Shown: piece by piece, positions 22,679-33,728 of the stretch | How the letters are laid out: each line of letters starts with the position of its first letter | Numbering within the stretch: the first letter of the stretch is position 1 | Assembly (NCBI GenBank): GCA_965237955.1 | Contig: OZ250169.1 | Coordinates: 1,024,001-1,088,000, forward strand | Length of the DNA: 64,000 nt | Origin: Candidatus Marinacidobacterales bacterium | GTDB lineage: Bacteria > Acidobacteriota > Vicinamibacteria > Marinacidobacterales > SMYC01 | Reading direction: 5' to 3' | Position numbers and translations under genes: made by a program | Notes under the pieces: model-generated | The model's database searches: none | What the model was told of the DNA's origin: nothing | The model's input: only the letters and a program-made list of their open reading frames with translations

Positions 22679-22995
22679 CGTCCTGTGCCAAAACTCGGCC
22701 CTCTTGAAATAGCCGATAAATCAGCAGCTTAGCGTCTGTGTTTTGCGACGGTGCCAAGGGCTGTGGGCTTTACAATCGTCTGGCCCGAGGGTGTTATCTT
22801 CGGATCCATCATGACGTACCATGTGCAAATCCTACTGTTGGTCAGGCAGCCGTTGTTCGATCGGGCAGCCCTGCTGCTCACACAGACCTCATGGGTGCTT
22901 CCGCCATTAAGTGTTGGTAAAATGACGCTAAGACTTTGCGGTGCATTAAATTACAGCCATGGTCTTCCAAAAGGGCCGAGTTTTGGCACAGGACG
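22679..22995. mobile_element. 317-bp non-autonomous derivative of the CGTCC rve element
   Basis: IR CGTCCTGTGCCAAAACTCGGCCCT at both ends; contains the first codons of the transposase. Confidence 0.8.
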
Positions 22996-23092
22996 GGGTG
23001 CCGGGTGTGCAATTTTCGTCCGCCACTAACAGCTCATTGCGAAGCTCCTCGACTTGCCTGGTCGTGAAGACATCCATCCTCCTGCGAACCTC

Positions 23093-23683
23093 TCACTGGG
23101 AACAATGGTCGAGAATCTGCTTCTTGCGCCCCGAACAGCAAGTTTCGGAACTGAAATAGGAAGCCCACAGGATGTCGGCAAACCCCTTGCCCGGCATCGT
23201 GGCTCCCTGCTGCTCCCGGTTCTGCATTAGCGCCGTACCCACGCCGGGAACGTAGGTCAACTCCATGCTGTCTCCCTTCTCCAGGTCCTTTTCAAAGTAG
23301 CCTAGGAAGGTATCGATCTGAGATCGGATACCGGGGGAGCCGCCGGGCGGCAAGTTCTTATCGAGAGCATCTTCGAGCGCGTCGGCCATATTCTTCGCGT
23401 CGACGTCGCGGAGCAGATCGATACGGAGAGATTTTGCCCCATCCATCGAGATCAGCATCTGCGGATCGCAGGTGCGGTTCTCGGCATACGCGCCCATCGT
23501 GTAGACGTCAAGCCACCACCGCTCACGAAGTCCGGCACCGATCAACATGAGAGTCCGGACACCTACCTCTGCCGTGTCCGCGTATGTGTTTCCCTTTACC
23601 GTCTGGGTTTTCGCCGATAGGGGCACTATCGACGACGCCATCAGCACGATGGCGCCCAGCGGCGTCACGGTTCGATTGCTCAT
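23093..23683 (-). CDS. Chalcone isomerase-like exported protein
   Basis: Signal peptide; LIGAGLRERWWLDVY, LTYVPGVGT. Confidence 0.8.
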   Translation of the reverse strand: MSNRTVTPLGAIVLMASSIVPLSAKTQTVKGNTYADTAEVGVRTLMLIGAGLRERWWLDVYTMGAYAENRTCDPQMLISMDGAKSLRIDLLRDVDAKNMADALEDALDKNLPPGGSPGIRSQIDTFLGYFEKDLEKGDSMELTYVPGVGTALMQNREQQGATMPGKGFADILWASYFSSETCCSGRKKQILDHCSQ

Positions 23684-23760
23684 GGTCTTTTCCTCCGAGG
23701 CTTAGTCAACCTGTCACACCTCGCTCAAAACCACCAGTCGTCGTTGTCGGCGACTCCCCT

Positions 23761-24750
23761 CTAGGGTTCATCGGTCGGCGCCGACGTGTTGATGTCTGGG
23801 TAGAGCCACGAGTGTTCGAGTCCGGCGTGTCGCTTCCCGTATCGTTCCGGTATGTTCTGTGTCCAGTTGCTGGGCAACGTCAGACAGCACACCAGTAAAA
23901 CAACGAGTACGATTCTCTGTAACACGAATGGCGCTTTTTCAGGCGGGGCTTCCACCTCCAGTGCCTCTCTGGCACCACTTCGCAGCCGACCCAGACGCCG
24001 AATGCGCGATCGGATCAAAAAAACGACACCGATCGACACCATGATGAGGTTCAGGGTCTGCCCGGTCCCGAGAGCCAGACGGTGAGTCGGATAGTCGCGA
24101 AACAGATCAATGAATACACGCAAGAACGCATACCAGAAGACGAAACGAGCTGCGGTTGCCCCCGGCGTTGGGTTCATCTTTCGAACACGGAGGAGGAAAG
24201 GCACCAGCAGAAGATTCTTGATGCCGTCATAGAGAACCACCGGATGCCGGATTCCAACTGCGTCGGGAAACCGCACGCCCCACGGCACATCGGTGAGAGC
24301 ACCCACGATCTGGCCGTCGATGAAGTTCCCGATCCTTCCCATTCCCATCAGAAACGAACCGGGGATCACGACTGCATCGAACAGCGCGAGCAGGTCCTTT
24401 CGATAGAGCAAGGCGAAGGAGGTGACAGCTACAGTCGCTCCGAGAAGGACCCCGTGAGACGCCAGGCCCCCAAGCCAGTATGCCGGAATGAGGGTAGGGT
24501 GCGCGCTGTAGAAGGGCCACTCGTCGAATGCGACTTCGATGAGACGCGCCCCGACCAAAACGCCCACCACGATGAAAAGGGTGAGGGTGTATACGTCTCT
24601 GGAAGTGAGTCCGAGCCGAAGCCTGTGGCGGCGCAGAAACAGATGCAAATGCAGGAATCCCAGCGAATAGCTAAGCCCATACCACCAGAGATAGACGCCG
24701 CCCACTTCGGCAATGATCGGATCGACATTATGGACATAGGGTCCGAACAT
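23761..24750 (-). CDS. lgt: Prolipoprotein diacylglyceryl transferase
   Basis: WYGLSY, GGLASHG, GRIGNFIDG, RHPVVLY. Confidence 0.9.
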   Translation of the reverse strand: MFGPYVHNVDPIIAEVGGVYLWWYGLSYSLGFLHLHLFLRRHRLRLGLTSRDVYTLTLFIVVGVLVGARLIEVAFDEWPFYSAHPTLIPAYWLGGLASHGVLLGATVAVTSFALLYRKDLLALFDAVVIPGSFLMGMGRIGNFIDGQIVGALTDVPWGVRFPDAVGIRHPVVLYDGIKNLLLVPFLLRVRKMNPTPGATAARFVFWYAFLRVFIDLFRDYPTHRLALGTGQTLNLIMVSIGVVFLIRSRIRRLGRLRSGAREALEVEAPPEKAPFVLQRIVLVVLLVCCLTLPSNWTQNIPERYGKRHAGLEHSWLYPDINTSAPTDEP

Positions 24751-24858
24751 CTTTTAAGCTCCCCGTCCTGTGCCAAAACTCGGCCCTTTTGAAACAGACC
24801 AGCTGGTCGAATCTGTTTGTCGCTTCGTGGTCGGCGCGCTCGGCAACGGCACTCACAC

Positions 24859-24999
24859 ATGATCCAGATCGTTCCTCAACTGAAGGTATTGGTGGCTTGC
24901 GAGCCGGTTGATTTCCGCAAGGGTATCGATTCTTTGGCTTGCGTGTGCCGACAACAATTCCATCTCGATCCGTTCCTCGGCACGTTATTCGTTTTTCGT
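24859..24999 (+). pseudogene. tnpB: IS66 TnpB N-terminal fragment
   Basis: EPVDFRKGIDSL...LDPFLGTLFVFR. Confidence 0.85.
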
Positions 25000-25373
25000 T
25001 CATTCTCTCCCTCGCGATTCGACGTTACGACCGTCAGGCTCCCCGATGCGCTCTCTACCGTCAGACGGCACATCGTTCCTTCACCCTGAACCGAGTTCAG
25101 CGGAGGCGTCATCATTGCCGCCCGACAAGCCCATCCCGCCCTGTGCCAAAACTCGGCCCTTTTGAAATAGACCATCAATCAGCAGCTTAGTGTCTGTGTT
25201 TGCGACCGGACCAAGGGCCGTAGGCTTTACAATCGTCTGGCCCGAGGATTCAGGATCAAGACGACATTGCCGGTCCTGTAGCGCAGTGCCGGCCAGGCCG
25301 TCTTGCGGGATAATAGACAGAATCAAGTAGCCCGCGCGCATCGGCTCCGCGCAGGGTTCGAATTGGAGGATTT

Positions 25374-25823
25374 ATGGGGATCGATCCTTTAAGAGCTTCC
25401 TCTTCTTCTCGATGGAGTTACTGGAAGACGCCCGTCCTGTTCGGCGTCGGATTTTGTGTTCTGCAAGTCCTGGTCGCTCTTGTCCGGTTCGGCTCCATGG
25501 ATTCTTGGAATCCAGAGGAGTTGCTGTTTGCGATTCCGGCTTTGTTCTCCGGCTTGGTGCTGTTTTTTCTGGGCGGTGTGCTGGTAGGGTTGCTGGTGCA
25601 ACGCCTCTTGAGAGGAGTTGTCGGAGCCTCGCGGAGCGTTTTACTGATCACGCTCGGGGTGGCGACTCCGCTTGCTGTACTGTTCAGCCTCGTCGGCGGA
25701 TTGCTCGGCCCACATATGGTGGTTATCGGCGTTCTCGCTCCGTATCTGCTCCTGGTCGGAATCCCGCTGTTGCTCCGGCAATGCTGGCAGCGTCTCAGAA
25801 ATCGGCCTCGTCCGAAGGAGTGA
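25374..25823 (+). CDS. Hypothetical four-TM membrane protein
   Basis: GGAGG RBS; four hydrophobic segments. Confidence 0.7.
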   Translation: MGIDPLRASSSSRWSYWKTPVLFGVGFCVLQVLVALVRFGSMDSWNPEELLFAIPALFSGLVLFFLGGVLVGLLVQRLLRGVVGASRSVLLITLGVATPLAVLFSLVGGLLGPHMVVIGVLAPYLLLVGIPLLLRQCWQRLRNRPRPKE

Positions 25824-26147
25824 TCCTGCGGGCTTCGGAGAACCGAACGTTCACAGAATCGTTGAAAGGACCTCGTCTGTCCCCGTCCTGTGCCAAAACT
25901 CGGCCCTTTTGAAATAGACCACAAATCAGCAGCTTAGACGCCCTTGGAATCCGCGCAGAATCGAGGGTATTTCGCGCCGCAGGGCTGGCTTCCGACCCCT
26001 GGGCTGCGGGTGGCGAGCGACAGGCCCACCGGGGGTGCGTACGGCTGGCTCAAATCGGCTGTGGGGCAAGCTACGGGCAGTGAGCTTCACACCCGGAAGT
26101 CCCTCATTAGACTGGACTTTATCGAGCAGAAGAGCGAACGTTCGGTG

Positions 26148-26579
26148 ATGCCGCAGGATATAGGGGTTGGCCGGAACGTCGTTTTGGACGGTTTGGACTT
26201 CGCCAGCTTACGGCGGGTCTGGGAGCAGACCTTTGGGGCTGCTCCTCCAAGCTCGCTCTCGCGTATCTTCCTGCGCCGCGTTCTCTTGCACGAACGCCAG
26301 TGCCGGACCCATGGCGGGCTTTCGGCCGCAACCCGGCGCGCTCTGGCTGCCATGGCGAACGAGACACCAAGCTCCGGCGCTCCCGCAGGGTCCGTTTCTG
26401 CCGGCACCCATCTCGTCCGCGAGTGGAATGGCCGGACCTACCAGGTCGAGGTAGTCGACAACGGCTATCGGTTCGATGGCAAAACCTATCCGTCCCTCAC
26501 TACCATCGCAAAGCGAATCACCGGCACCCACTGGTCAGGACCACGCTTTTTCGGTCTCACGCCCAAGCGCAAGGCCTAA
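26148..26579 (+). CDS. DUF2924 family protein
   Basis: GTHLVREWNGRTYQV...YPSLTTIAKRITGTHWSGPRFFGL. Confidence 0.9.
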   Translation: MPQDIGVGRNVVLDGLDFASLRRVWEQTFGAAPPSSLSRIFLRRVLLHERQCRTHGGLSAATRRALAAMANETPSSGAPAGSVSAGTHLVREWNGRTYQVEVVDNGYRFDGKTYPSLTTIAKRITGTHWSGPRFFGLTPKRKA

Positions 26580-26580
26580 C

Positions 26581-27300
26581 ATGAAGAAGATCCGCTGTGC
26601 CATCTATACGCGAAAGAGCGCGGAAGAAGGTCTCGAGCAGGAGTTCAACTCCCTCGATGCGCAGCGAGAAGCCTGCGCCGCGTATGTCGCGAGCCAGAAA
26701 GCGGAGGGCTGGGTGCTGCTGCCAACCGTCTACGAGGACGCGGGGCTCTCGGGAGGAACCCTGGAGCGCCCGGGCCTGCAGCGCTTGCTCGACGACATCG
26801 ACGCAGGTCTCGTCGACCGGATTGTGGTCTACAAGGTCGACCGACTGACCCGTTCCCTCTCCGACTTTGCGAAGCTCGTCGAACGGCTCGAGGCGGCCGG
26901 CGCGGTTTTCGTCTCGGTGACTCAGTCCTTCAACACCGCGACCAGCATGGGACGACTGACGCTGCATATGCTGCTGTCCTTCGCACAATTCGAACGCGAG
27001 GTCACGGCCGAGCGGATCCGCGATAAGGTCGCTGCCTCCAAGCGCAAGGGACTATGGATGGGCGGCCGCGTGCCGCTCGGCTATGAGAAGGACGGGCGCA
27101 CGCTGTGCATCAACGAGGCTGAGGCCAAAACGGTCCGGACGCTCTATGCGCTGTACCGGAAGCACGGAACGCTCCGGCAGATGAAGGCCGAGGCGGACCG
27201 TCTGAGACTGCGCACCAAGCAACGCTTCGCCGCGGATGGAACCCGGACTGGCGGGCTGCCGTTCCGTCGCGGACACCTCCACTGCCTGCTGACCAATCCC
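26581..27300 (+). pseudogene. Large serine recombinase, N-terminal half
   Basis: RCAIYTRKS, VYKVDRLTRS, SFAQFEREVTAERIRDK; interrupted after LLTNP. Confidence 0.92.
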
Positions 27301-28651
27301 GTCCTGTCCGAAAACGCGAACGGAGCGGCAAGGTCGAATCCTAGAGGCGTTCTCAAAACTCGCGGAGACCAGCCGACGCGGTACTGGCTCTGCGATAGGC
27401 GACCCCGAGCAGACCTCTCCTGCAGACCATCCGTTCCGTCCAACTGGCGCGCCCGAACTCCTATGCGGCGTCGCGGTGGTAGTAGCTGAGCAAGCCGCCC
27501 AATCGCTTACGACATCGCACCTTCCCGTGAGGACTGCCGACGCATTCTTCCGCTTCGAGCAACGCGTTCCCGAGCCCTTGATGGTTGCGCTCTCCGTGAT
27601 AATGATGGATGAACTCAGCGACGGCACGGCGCAGCGATTGCTCACTGAAGAAGATCATCCGCTCCAAGCACTCGCTCTTGATCGACAAAACAAACCTTTC
27701 GACATAAGCGTTCAGGTTCGGCGAACGGTGCGGCAGCCGAATGACGTCCGTTCCGGCGTGCTCGAGCAAATCGCGAAACTCCGTGGTGAACTTCTTGTCG
27801 CGGTCCAGGATGAGGAATCGCTTGCCGCGCAGAAAGCCGTCGAATGGGTCGGTGAGATTCCGACCGACCTGCATCATGAACGGGCCATCCGGCCCCGGAG
27901 TGATTCCGGCAATGTGCACTTTTCGCGAAGACAGCTCGATGACGACGAGCACATAGTAGGCCACGAGCCTGCGAACTGTGGCGACCTCGACGGTGAAGAA
28001 GTCGGTCGCCGCAACGGTTTCCCAATGGGCGGCGAGAAACGTGCGCCACGGCGTCCGCTCACTTCGCTCCGGCGCGGGCTCGATGCCATGTTCTCGCAGA
28101 ATATTGGCGATGGTGCTCCTGGCTACCGTATGGCCGAGATTCGAGAGGGCGCCGCGAATGCGTGTATACCCCCACCTCGGATTTGACTTCGCCATCCCCA
28201 CCACGAGCTCGCTAATCTCGGCCATGACCCGGGGCCGTCCGGGCTGTTTCCGCCGCTCGCTCGCTGTAGTACCACTTCCGCGCAATCAGCCTTCGGTGCC
28301 AAGCCAGAAGGGTTTCCGGTGTGACGATACCGGCGACTTCTGCCAAGAGTTTCCGGCCAAGCGCCTTACCCTTTACCGCGAGCCGACGTCGCTCGTCGTC
28401 TGTGAGACGAAGCTTCCTCCCGCAAAGCCGAGCTTTGAGGACTTTGTTCTCCTCGAGCAAGTAGACCATAGCGGCCTGTTGGTCACGCTGGATCCAACCA
28501 GCGATGGTGATGACCAACAATGTCAAGGGCTGGATCGGCGTGCTCATGACCGAGGATTCTAGCTCCCATTGGCCAATCAAGCGTAGATACGTCTATTCCG
28601 AAACGTCCCGGCGAGCCGGTCTTGAGTTCGTTTGTATTTTTGGACACGACG
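27300..28651 (-). mobile_element. Complete rve-integrase element; transposase 28547-27461 frameshifted near 28265
   Basis: Imperfect IRs CGTCGTGTCCAAAAATACAAACG / CGTCCTGTCCGAAAACGCGAACG; no TSD. Confidence 0.88.
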
Positions 28652-28665
28652 GGAACGGAGCCTTT

Positions 28666-28968
28666 ATGAAGAAGCCTCGTAAGACAAAGAAGATGCCGAC
28701 GGTGAGCGCCGATGAGATCGCGCGCCGTGCCGAACGCGGCGAGGACATCTCGAAGTTCTTTACCAACGAGGGCAAGATGATGCCACCGATTCAACGAGTG
28801 AACGTCGATTTCAGTCGCGAGATGCTCACGGAGTTAGACGAAGCAGCTCGCCGGCTCAACATCAGCCGCCAGGCTGTGATCAAAACGTTGGTGCGCGAAG
28901 GCCTCGACCGGCGCTACATGGCCTCGTCCGTCCGCAAGGGCTCGCGCCTTCGAAGCACCGATTCCTAA
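28666..28968 (+). CDS. BrnA/CopG-like ribbon-helix-helix antitoxin
   Basis: GEDISKFF...QRVNVDF...LDEAARRLNISRQAVIKT. Confidence 0.8.
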   Translation: MKKPRKTKKMPTVSADEIARRAERGEDISKFFTNEGKMMPPIQRVNVDFSREMLTELDEAARRLNISRQAVIKTLVREGLDRRYMASSVRKGSRLRSTDS

Positions 28969-29294
28969 GGCCCGATCCCTGCCGTACGGTACAATTCCAA
29001 CTCCTATGCCGAATTCGGCATAGGAGCTCTGTCTGGACGGTTGTGACCGGCCTCACGGTTGAAGCTCCGCGGGATCCCGATTCGAAGAGAAGGTCAGGCA
29101 AGGTCTGGTAAGGATTGGTCCCTTCCCGCGTCAACGGTTTTTGCTCGGTCACGGCGGACAGAGCTTGCTCGCTCCCTCGCTCGCTCGAAGCTTGGCGAGC
29201 CCAAAGTCCAGAAGCATAGGACCGGACTTCGTAAGAATAATGTTGCCTCCGGACGACTTCTTCGGATTGAAAAACGGGCGGGGCAGCCAGCTGT

Positions 29295-30761
29295 CTATTT
29301 CTCGCGGCGTTTCATCGCGTCGCGGAGTGTGCTCGCGAGCGAGCCGAAACTCTCGCTCTTCTCTGCTTGTTGTCGCTCCGCGTAGTCGCGGGCCTCGCCC
29401 TTTTCGGTAGCTTCCTTGACGGCTTTCGCGCTCAGACGGATCCGGCGGTTCGACGGGTCGACTTCGAGAACGATCACCTCCACGTCGCTGCCGACGGGGA
29501 ATGCTTTTCTGAGATCGTCGCCCTTTTCCACACCGGTCTCTTCGAGGGGGATCAATCCGGTATTGCCTGCATCGAGGAAGACGAAGACGCCATAGCTCTC
29601 GTGGTCTTTGACCTTACCGACGAGGCGGGCGCCAGGCGCGATCTCACTACCCTTCGCTTCTGTCGCCTTCGCCGAGCCTTCTTCGGCGATCGCGATGCCC
29701 ATTCGTTTGCGCTCGGGGTCGATGCTCAGGATCTCGGACGCGACCTCGGTGCCGGGCGAAACCGATGACTTCCATCCGTCGGTCTTGCCAGTCGGTGGGA
29801 ATGTGGAGACGTGCGCCAGAGCTTCGATCCCCGGCACCAGCTCCACGAACGCGCCGAAATCGGCAACGCGGGTGACGCGACCGCTCAGCACTTGACCGAC
29901 TCGATAGTCGGTGCCCACACTCGTCCACGGATCGGCCTGGAGTTGTTTCAGCCCGAGGGAGATCCTCCCCTTCTCCTCGTCCACCCGCAGGACTTTGACG
30001 GTGATCTCATCACCCGGCTGAACGACACTCGTCGGGTCGGACACGCGCGACCAGCCCATCTCCGAGATGTGGAGCAGACCCTGCACGCCGCCGCCGAGGT
30101 CGACGAACGCACCGTATTCGCGCACCGACACGACGCGACCGGGCAAGACGGCGTCGGGAACGATGAGCTGGCGGACTTCCTCCGCGCGCTCGCGCTCCTC
30201 TTCCTCCAAGATGGCGCGTCGGGAGACGACGATGTTCTTGCCTTCCTGTTTGAATTCGATGACGCGGAACGTGTAGCTCTTTCCTTCGTGGACCGAGGGA
30301 TCTTCGGTGAATCGCGTGTCGATCTGGGAGATCGGGCAAAAAGCGCGCTGTCCGGAGAATCGAATTTCGAAGCCTCCCTTGATGGCCTTTTCGACCCGTC
30401 CCTCGACGGGCAAACCGGATTGGAACGCGCCGTTCAGCGCTTCCCGGGTGGCGGCGCTCTTGGCCAGTTTGTGGGAGAGCTTTATCCCGCCGGTCGTGGA
30501 AACGACGATGGCCTTGACAGTGTCGCCGACCTGAACTTCAACGCCCGCGTCTGGATCGGCGAGCTCCGTGAGGTCGATGGTCGCCTCGCCTTTGCCGCCG
30601 ACGTCGACGAACGCGACGTCCGAGCCCAACGCGACGATTTTTCCTTCGACCGGCTCGCCCTCGCGGAGGAACGTGGGCTGGAAAGATTCCTCCAGCATCC
30701 GCGCGAAATCTTCTTCTTCCTCGGGAGCAGTTTCGTCTGGCTCTTCGGGCATGACGCGCAT
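29295..30761 (-). CDS. Multi-S1-domain RNA-binding protein (RpsA-like)
   Basis: Repeated S1 domains, e.g. YGAFVDLGGGVQGLLHISEMGWSRV. Confidence 0.88.
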   Translation of the reverse strand: MRVMPEEPDETAPEEEEDFARMLEESFQPTFLREGEPVEGKIVALGSDVAFVDVGGKGEATIDLTELADPDAGVEVQVGDTVKAIVVSTTGGIKLSHKLAKSAATREALNGAFQSGLPVEGRVEKAIKGGFEIRFSGQRAFCPISQIDTRFTEDPSVHEGKSYTFRVIEFKQEGKNIVVSRRAILEEEERERAEEVRQLIVPDAVLPGRVVSVREYGAFVDLGGGVQGLLHISEMGWSRVSDPTSVVQPGDEITVKVLRVDEEKGRISLGLKQLQADPWTSVGTDYRVGQVLSGRVTRVADFGAFVELVPGIEALAHVSTFPPTGKTDGWKSSVSPGTEVASEILSIDPERKRMGIAIAEEGSAKATEAKGSEIAPGARLVGKVKDHESYGVFVFLDAGNTGLIPLEETGVEKGDDLRKAFPVGSDVEVIVLEVDPSNRRIRLSAKAVKEATEKGEARDYAERQQAEKSESFGSLASTLRDAMKRREK

Positions 30762-30795
30762 TCTAGCCCAAACGCATTAGAATGGTATCGCAGAT

Positions 30796-32342
30796 GTGGG
30801 ACTACGTGCACGCGCATCCGTTTCTGTCGTTGATCGGAGCCTTCATCGTCTTTCTGATCGCCGTCGCGCTGCGCGACATTTTCCCAGCGGAAACACACCA
30901 TCAAGCACAACTTCCCCATCGTGGGCAACATCCGCTACTGGTTCGAGACCATCGGCCCCGAGCTCCGGCAATACTGGGTGGCCAGCGATCAGGAGGAGCT
31001 TCCCTTCAATCGCTCCGAGCGCGCCTGGATTTACGCGTCGGCCAAAGGTCAGAACAACACGTTCGGATTCGGCACCGCCGAGCAGATCTACGGCGTGGGC
31101 TACCCCATCATCAAGAACGCGGTCTTTCCCTTTCCCGAGTCGAAAGCCACTTACCCGGGCGATGACCCGACGGCGGTACCGTGTCTCAAAGTCATGGGCG
31201 AGCACCACGGGCGCCGCCGCCCCTATCGGCCCGAGTCGATCGTGAACATCTCGGCGATGTCCTTCGGCTCGCTCGGCTCCCGCGCGGTGTCGTCTCTCAA
31301 CAAGGGTGCGAAGGAGGCGCACTGCTACCACAACACCGGCGAAGGCGGCGTGAGCCCATACCACAAAGAAGGTGCGGACGTGATGTGGGAGCTGGGCACG
31401 GGTTATTTCGGTGCCCGCGACGCCAACGGGGATTTTTCTCTGGACGTCCTCGCCGACGAATGCCAGCGGACTCCTCAGATCCGCGCCATCGAGATCAAGC
31501 TATCCCAAGGTGCCAAACCGGGAAAAGGTGGGATCCTGCCCGGCAAAAAAGTAACGCCGGAGATCGCCAAAGCCTGCGGCGTGCCCGTCGGGGTGGACTG
31601 CATTTCACCGAACGCGCATTCGGAGTTCAGCACCGTTTCCGAGATGATCGACTTCATCGAAGAAATTGCCGAGCGCACCGGTCTTCCCGTCGGCATCAAG
31701 GCTGCCGTCGGCAAAATGGACTTCTGGCATGAGCTCGCAGCCGCCATGAACGCCATGAAAGGGCGCGACGCCGGGCCGGACTTCATCACCATCGACGGCG
31801 GTGAGGGCGGGACGGGCGCTGCGCCTTTGACGTTCGCCGACCACGTCTCGCTGCCGTTCAAGATCGGATTTCAGCGGGTCTACGAAAACTTTCAACAGGC
31901 AGGAATCTCGAAAGACATCGTCTGGATTGGCAGCGGCAAGCTCGGTTTTCCCGATCGCGCGATGATCGCGCTCGCGATGGGCTGCGATCTCATCCACGTC
32001 GCCCGGGAGGCGATGATGTCCATCGGTTGTATTCAGGCCAAGAAGTGCCACACCGATCTCTGCCCGACCGGTGTGACAACACACAACCGCTGGCTTCAAG
32101 CCGGTCTGGACATCGACGACAAGGCGACGCGCTTTGCCCGCTACGTCAAGACGTTCCGCGAAGAGCTTTTGAGCCTCGCTCATGCCATGGGCTACGAGCA
32201 CCCCTCTCAAGTGAGCGGCGACGACATCGAGTTCAGCACCGGTACCAACAAGTTCACGACGCTGCGCGAGCTCTTGGGATATTCGCGAGATCCGACCGAG
32301 TTCACGAAGATGGAGGACTACGAGAAGACCGACTCGCGCTAG
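30796..32342 (+). CDS. FMN-binding glutamate synthase family protein, apparent frameshift near 30884
   Basis: NISAMSFGSL, NTGEGG, EIKLSQGAKPGKGG, DGGEGGTGAAP, CIQAKKCHTDLCPTG. Confidence 0.88.
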
Positions 32343-33527
32343 TCCCCTGGATCTTTAATTACTGTCCAAATTCGATTTGCCATGTGTATCGAGCGTTCGC
32401 TGGGCGAACCGAGCGATGGTTTCGAGGATTTGGTCGGCGGATTTCGTCCACTTGAACGGCTTTGGGTTCTCGTTGTGAGCATCGAGATAGTCTTGTATCG
32501 CAACGCGGAGCTGAGGCACGCTCGTGTGCGAGCCTCGTCGCAAGGCGTGTTCGGTGAGCAAGCCAAAGAAGCGCTCAGCGAAGTTGAGCCAAGAGGCGTG
32601 TGTCGGTGTGAAGTGAAAGTGGAACCGAGGTCGCTTGGAAAGCCAGCGTTTGATCGCCGGTGTCTTGTGCGTGGCGAGATTGTCGAGCACGACGTGGATG
32701 TCCAACTCGCTGGGAACGGCTGCTTCGATCTCAGCGAGGAACTTCTTGAACTCTAGCGCTCGATGTCGCGCGTAGCACTTTCCGAAGACTTCACCTGTTG
32801 CGGCGTCGAGTGCGGCAAACAGGTCAGTCGTTCCATGCCGAATGTAGTCGTGGGTTTGTCGCTCGGGCTGGCCCAAGCTCATGGGCAGGACAGGTTGAGC
32901 ACGCTCGAGCGCTTGAATCTGCGATTTCTCGTCGACGCACAGGACGACCGCGTTATCCGGTGGGTTCATATACAGGCCAACAACGTCGCGTACTTTTTCG
33001 ACCAGTTGTGGGTCTTGCGAGAGACGAAACGATTCCGAGCGGTGCGGTTGAAGCCCGAACGTTCGCCAAATACGTCCAATCGTCGAATGACTCAGCCCAA
33101 GATGCTTGGCCATCGAGCGCGTACTCCAATGGGTTCTCCCCTTTGGAGTCGTCTCCAGCGTCTTGGTCACGACTTCCTCGATCTGGTCATCGCCGATTTT
33201 GCGAGCCGCTCCCGGCCGAGGTTCGTCGTACAACCCTTCCATTCGTTGTTCTACAAAGCGTCTTCGCCACTTGCCCACCGTGCTCCTCATGGTGTGCATC
33301 TTCCTAGCAACTTCCATATTCGTCAGACCCGCCGCGCAATCCAGCACGATCTTCGCTCGGAAGGCTTGGTGCGGCGAACTACGGCTGCGTCGCGCCAGTC
33401 GCGTCAGCGCTTCGCTTTCTTGAGACGACAGCTTCAATTCGGCTTTTCGCCGGCCCTTGTGTTTCATGCATTTAGCAGATCACAGAAGGGCCGGTGTTGT
33501 CTAGCTTTTTCTGTTCCGGGGGACTAG
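32339..33527 (-). mobile_element. IS630-family element
   Basis: CTAG at both ends, GTCCCC termini; inserted at the stop codon of the upstream gene. Confidence 0.93.
32355..33467 (-). CDS. IS630 transposase
   Basis: [36 protein letters not shown]. Confidence 0.95.
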   Translation of the reverse strand: MKHKGRRKAELKLSSQESEALTRLARRSRSSPHQAFRAKIVLDCAAGLTNMEVARKMHTMRSTVGKWRRRFVEQRMEGLYDEPRPGAARKIGDDQIEEVVTKTLETTPKGRTHWSTRSMAKHLGLSHSTIGRIWRTFGLQPHRSESFRLSQDPQLVEKVRDVVGLYMNPPDNAVVLCVDEKSQIQALERAQPVLPMSLGQPERQTHDYIRHGTTDLFAALDAATGEVFGKCYARHRALEFKKFLAEIEAAVPSELDIHVVLDNLATHKTPAIKRWLSKRPRFHFHFTPTHASWLNFAERFFGLLTEHALRRGSHTSVPQLRVAIQDYLDAHNENPKPFKWTKSADQILETIARFAQRTLDTHGKSNLDSN

Positions 33528-33544
33528 CGAGTCGCACCGACTCT

Positions 33545-33711
33545 CCCTCTCCCGCAAGCGGGGGAGAGGGCCTGGGGTGAGGGGGATGTCCAGGGGGATG
33601 TTGCCGACCTGGTTCAAGGCCGACTTCGAGTCACACGGAGTCATGTGGTGGCACCCTCACCCCCCTCGTATCGCCAGAGCTCGGGACCCTCTCCCGCGAG
33701 CGGGAGAGGGG
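33545..33711. repeat. Inverted pair of CCCTCTCCC...GGGAGAGGG REP-like palindromes
   Basis: Hairpins at ~33545-33584 and ~33654-33711 between convergent genes. Confidence 0.7.
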
Positions 33712-33728
33712 GAATAGGGATCGCGAGC

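Noticed and set aside
23004-23031. Possible isolated IS21-like terminus TGTTAGTGGCGGACGAAAATTGCACA
   Set aside because: Single short match with no partner end or ORF.
19579-27300. Classical integron
   Set aside because: No tyrosine integrase and no attC structure seen; the delimiters are transposon termini.
29295-30761. Calling this the essential rpsA
   Set aside because: Shorter than typical Gram-negative S1 and lacks cmk/ihfB context; left as an S1-domain paralog.
30880-30890. Programmed frameshift in the glutamate synthase gene (also near 43940)
   Set aside because: Single-base indels in short runs with no slippery signal; sequencing error or decay is more likely.
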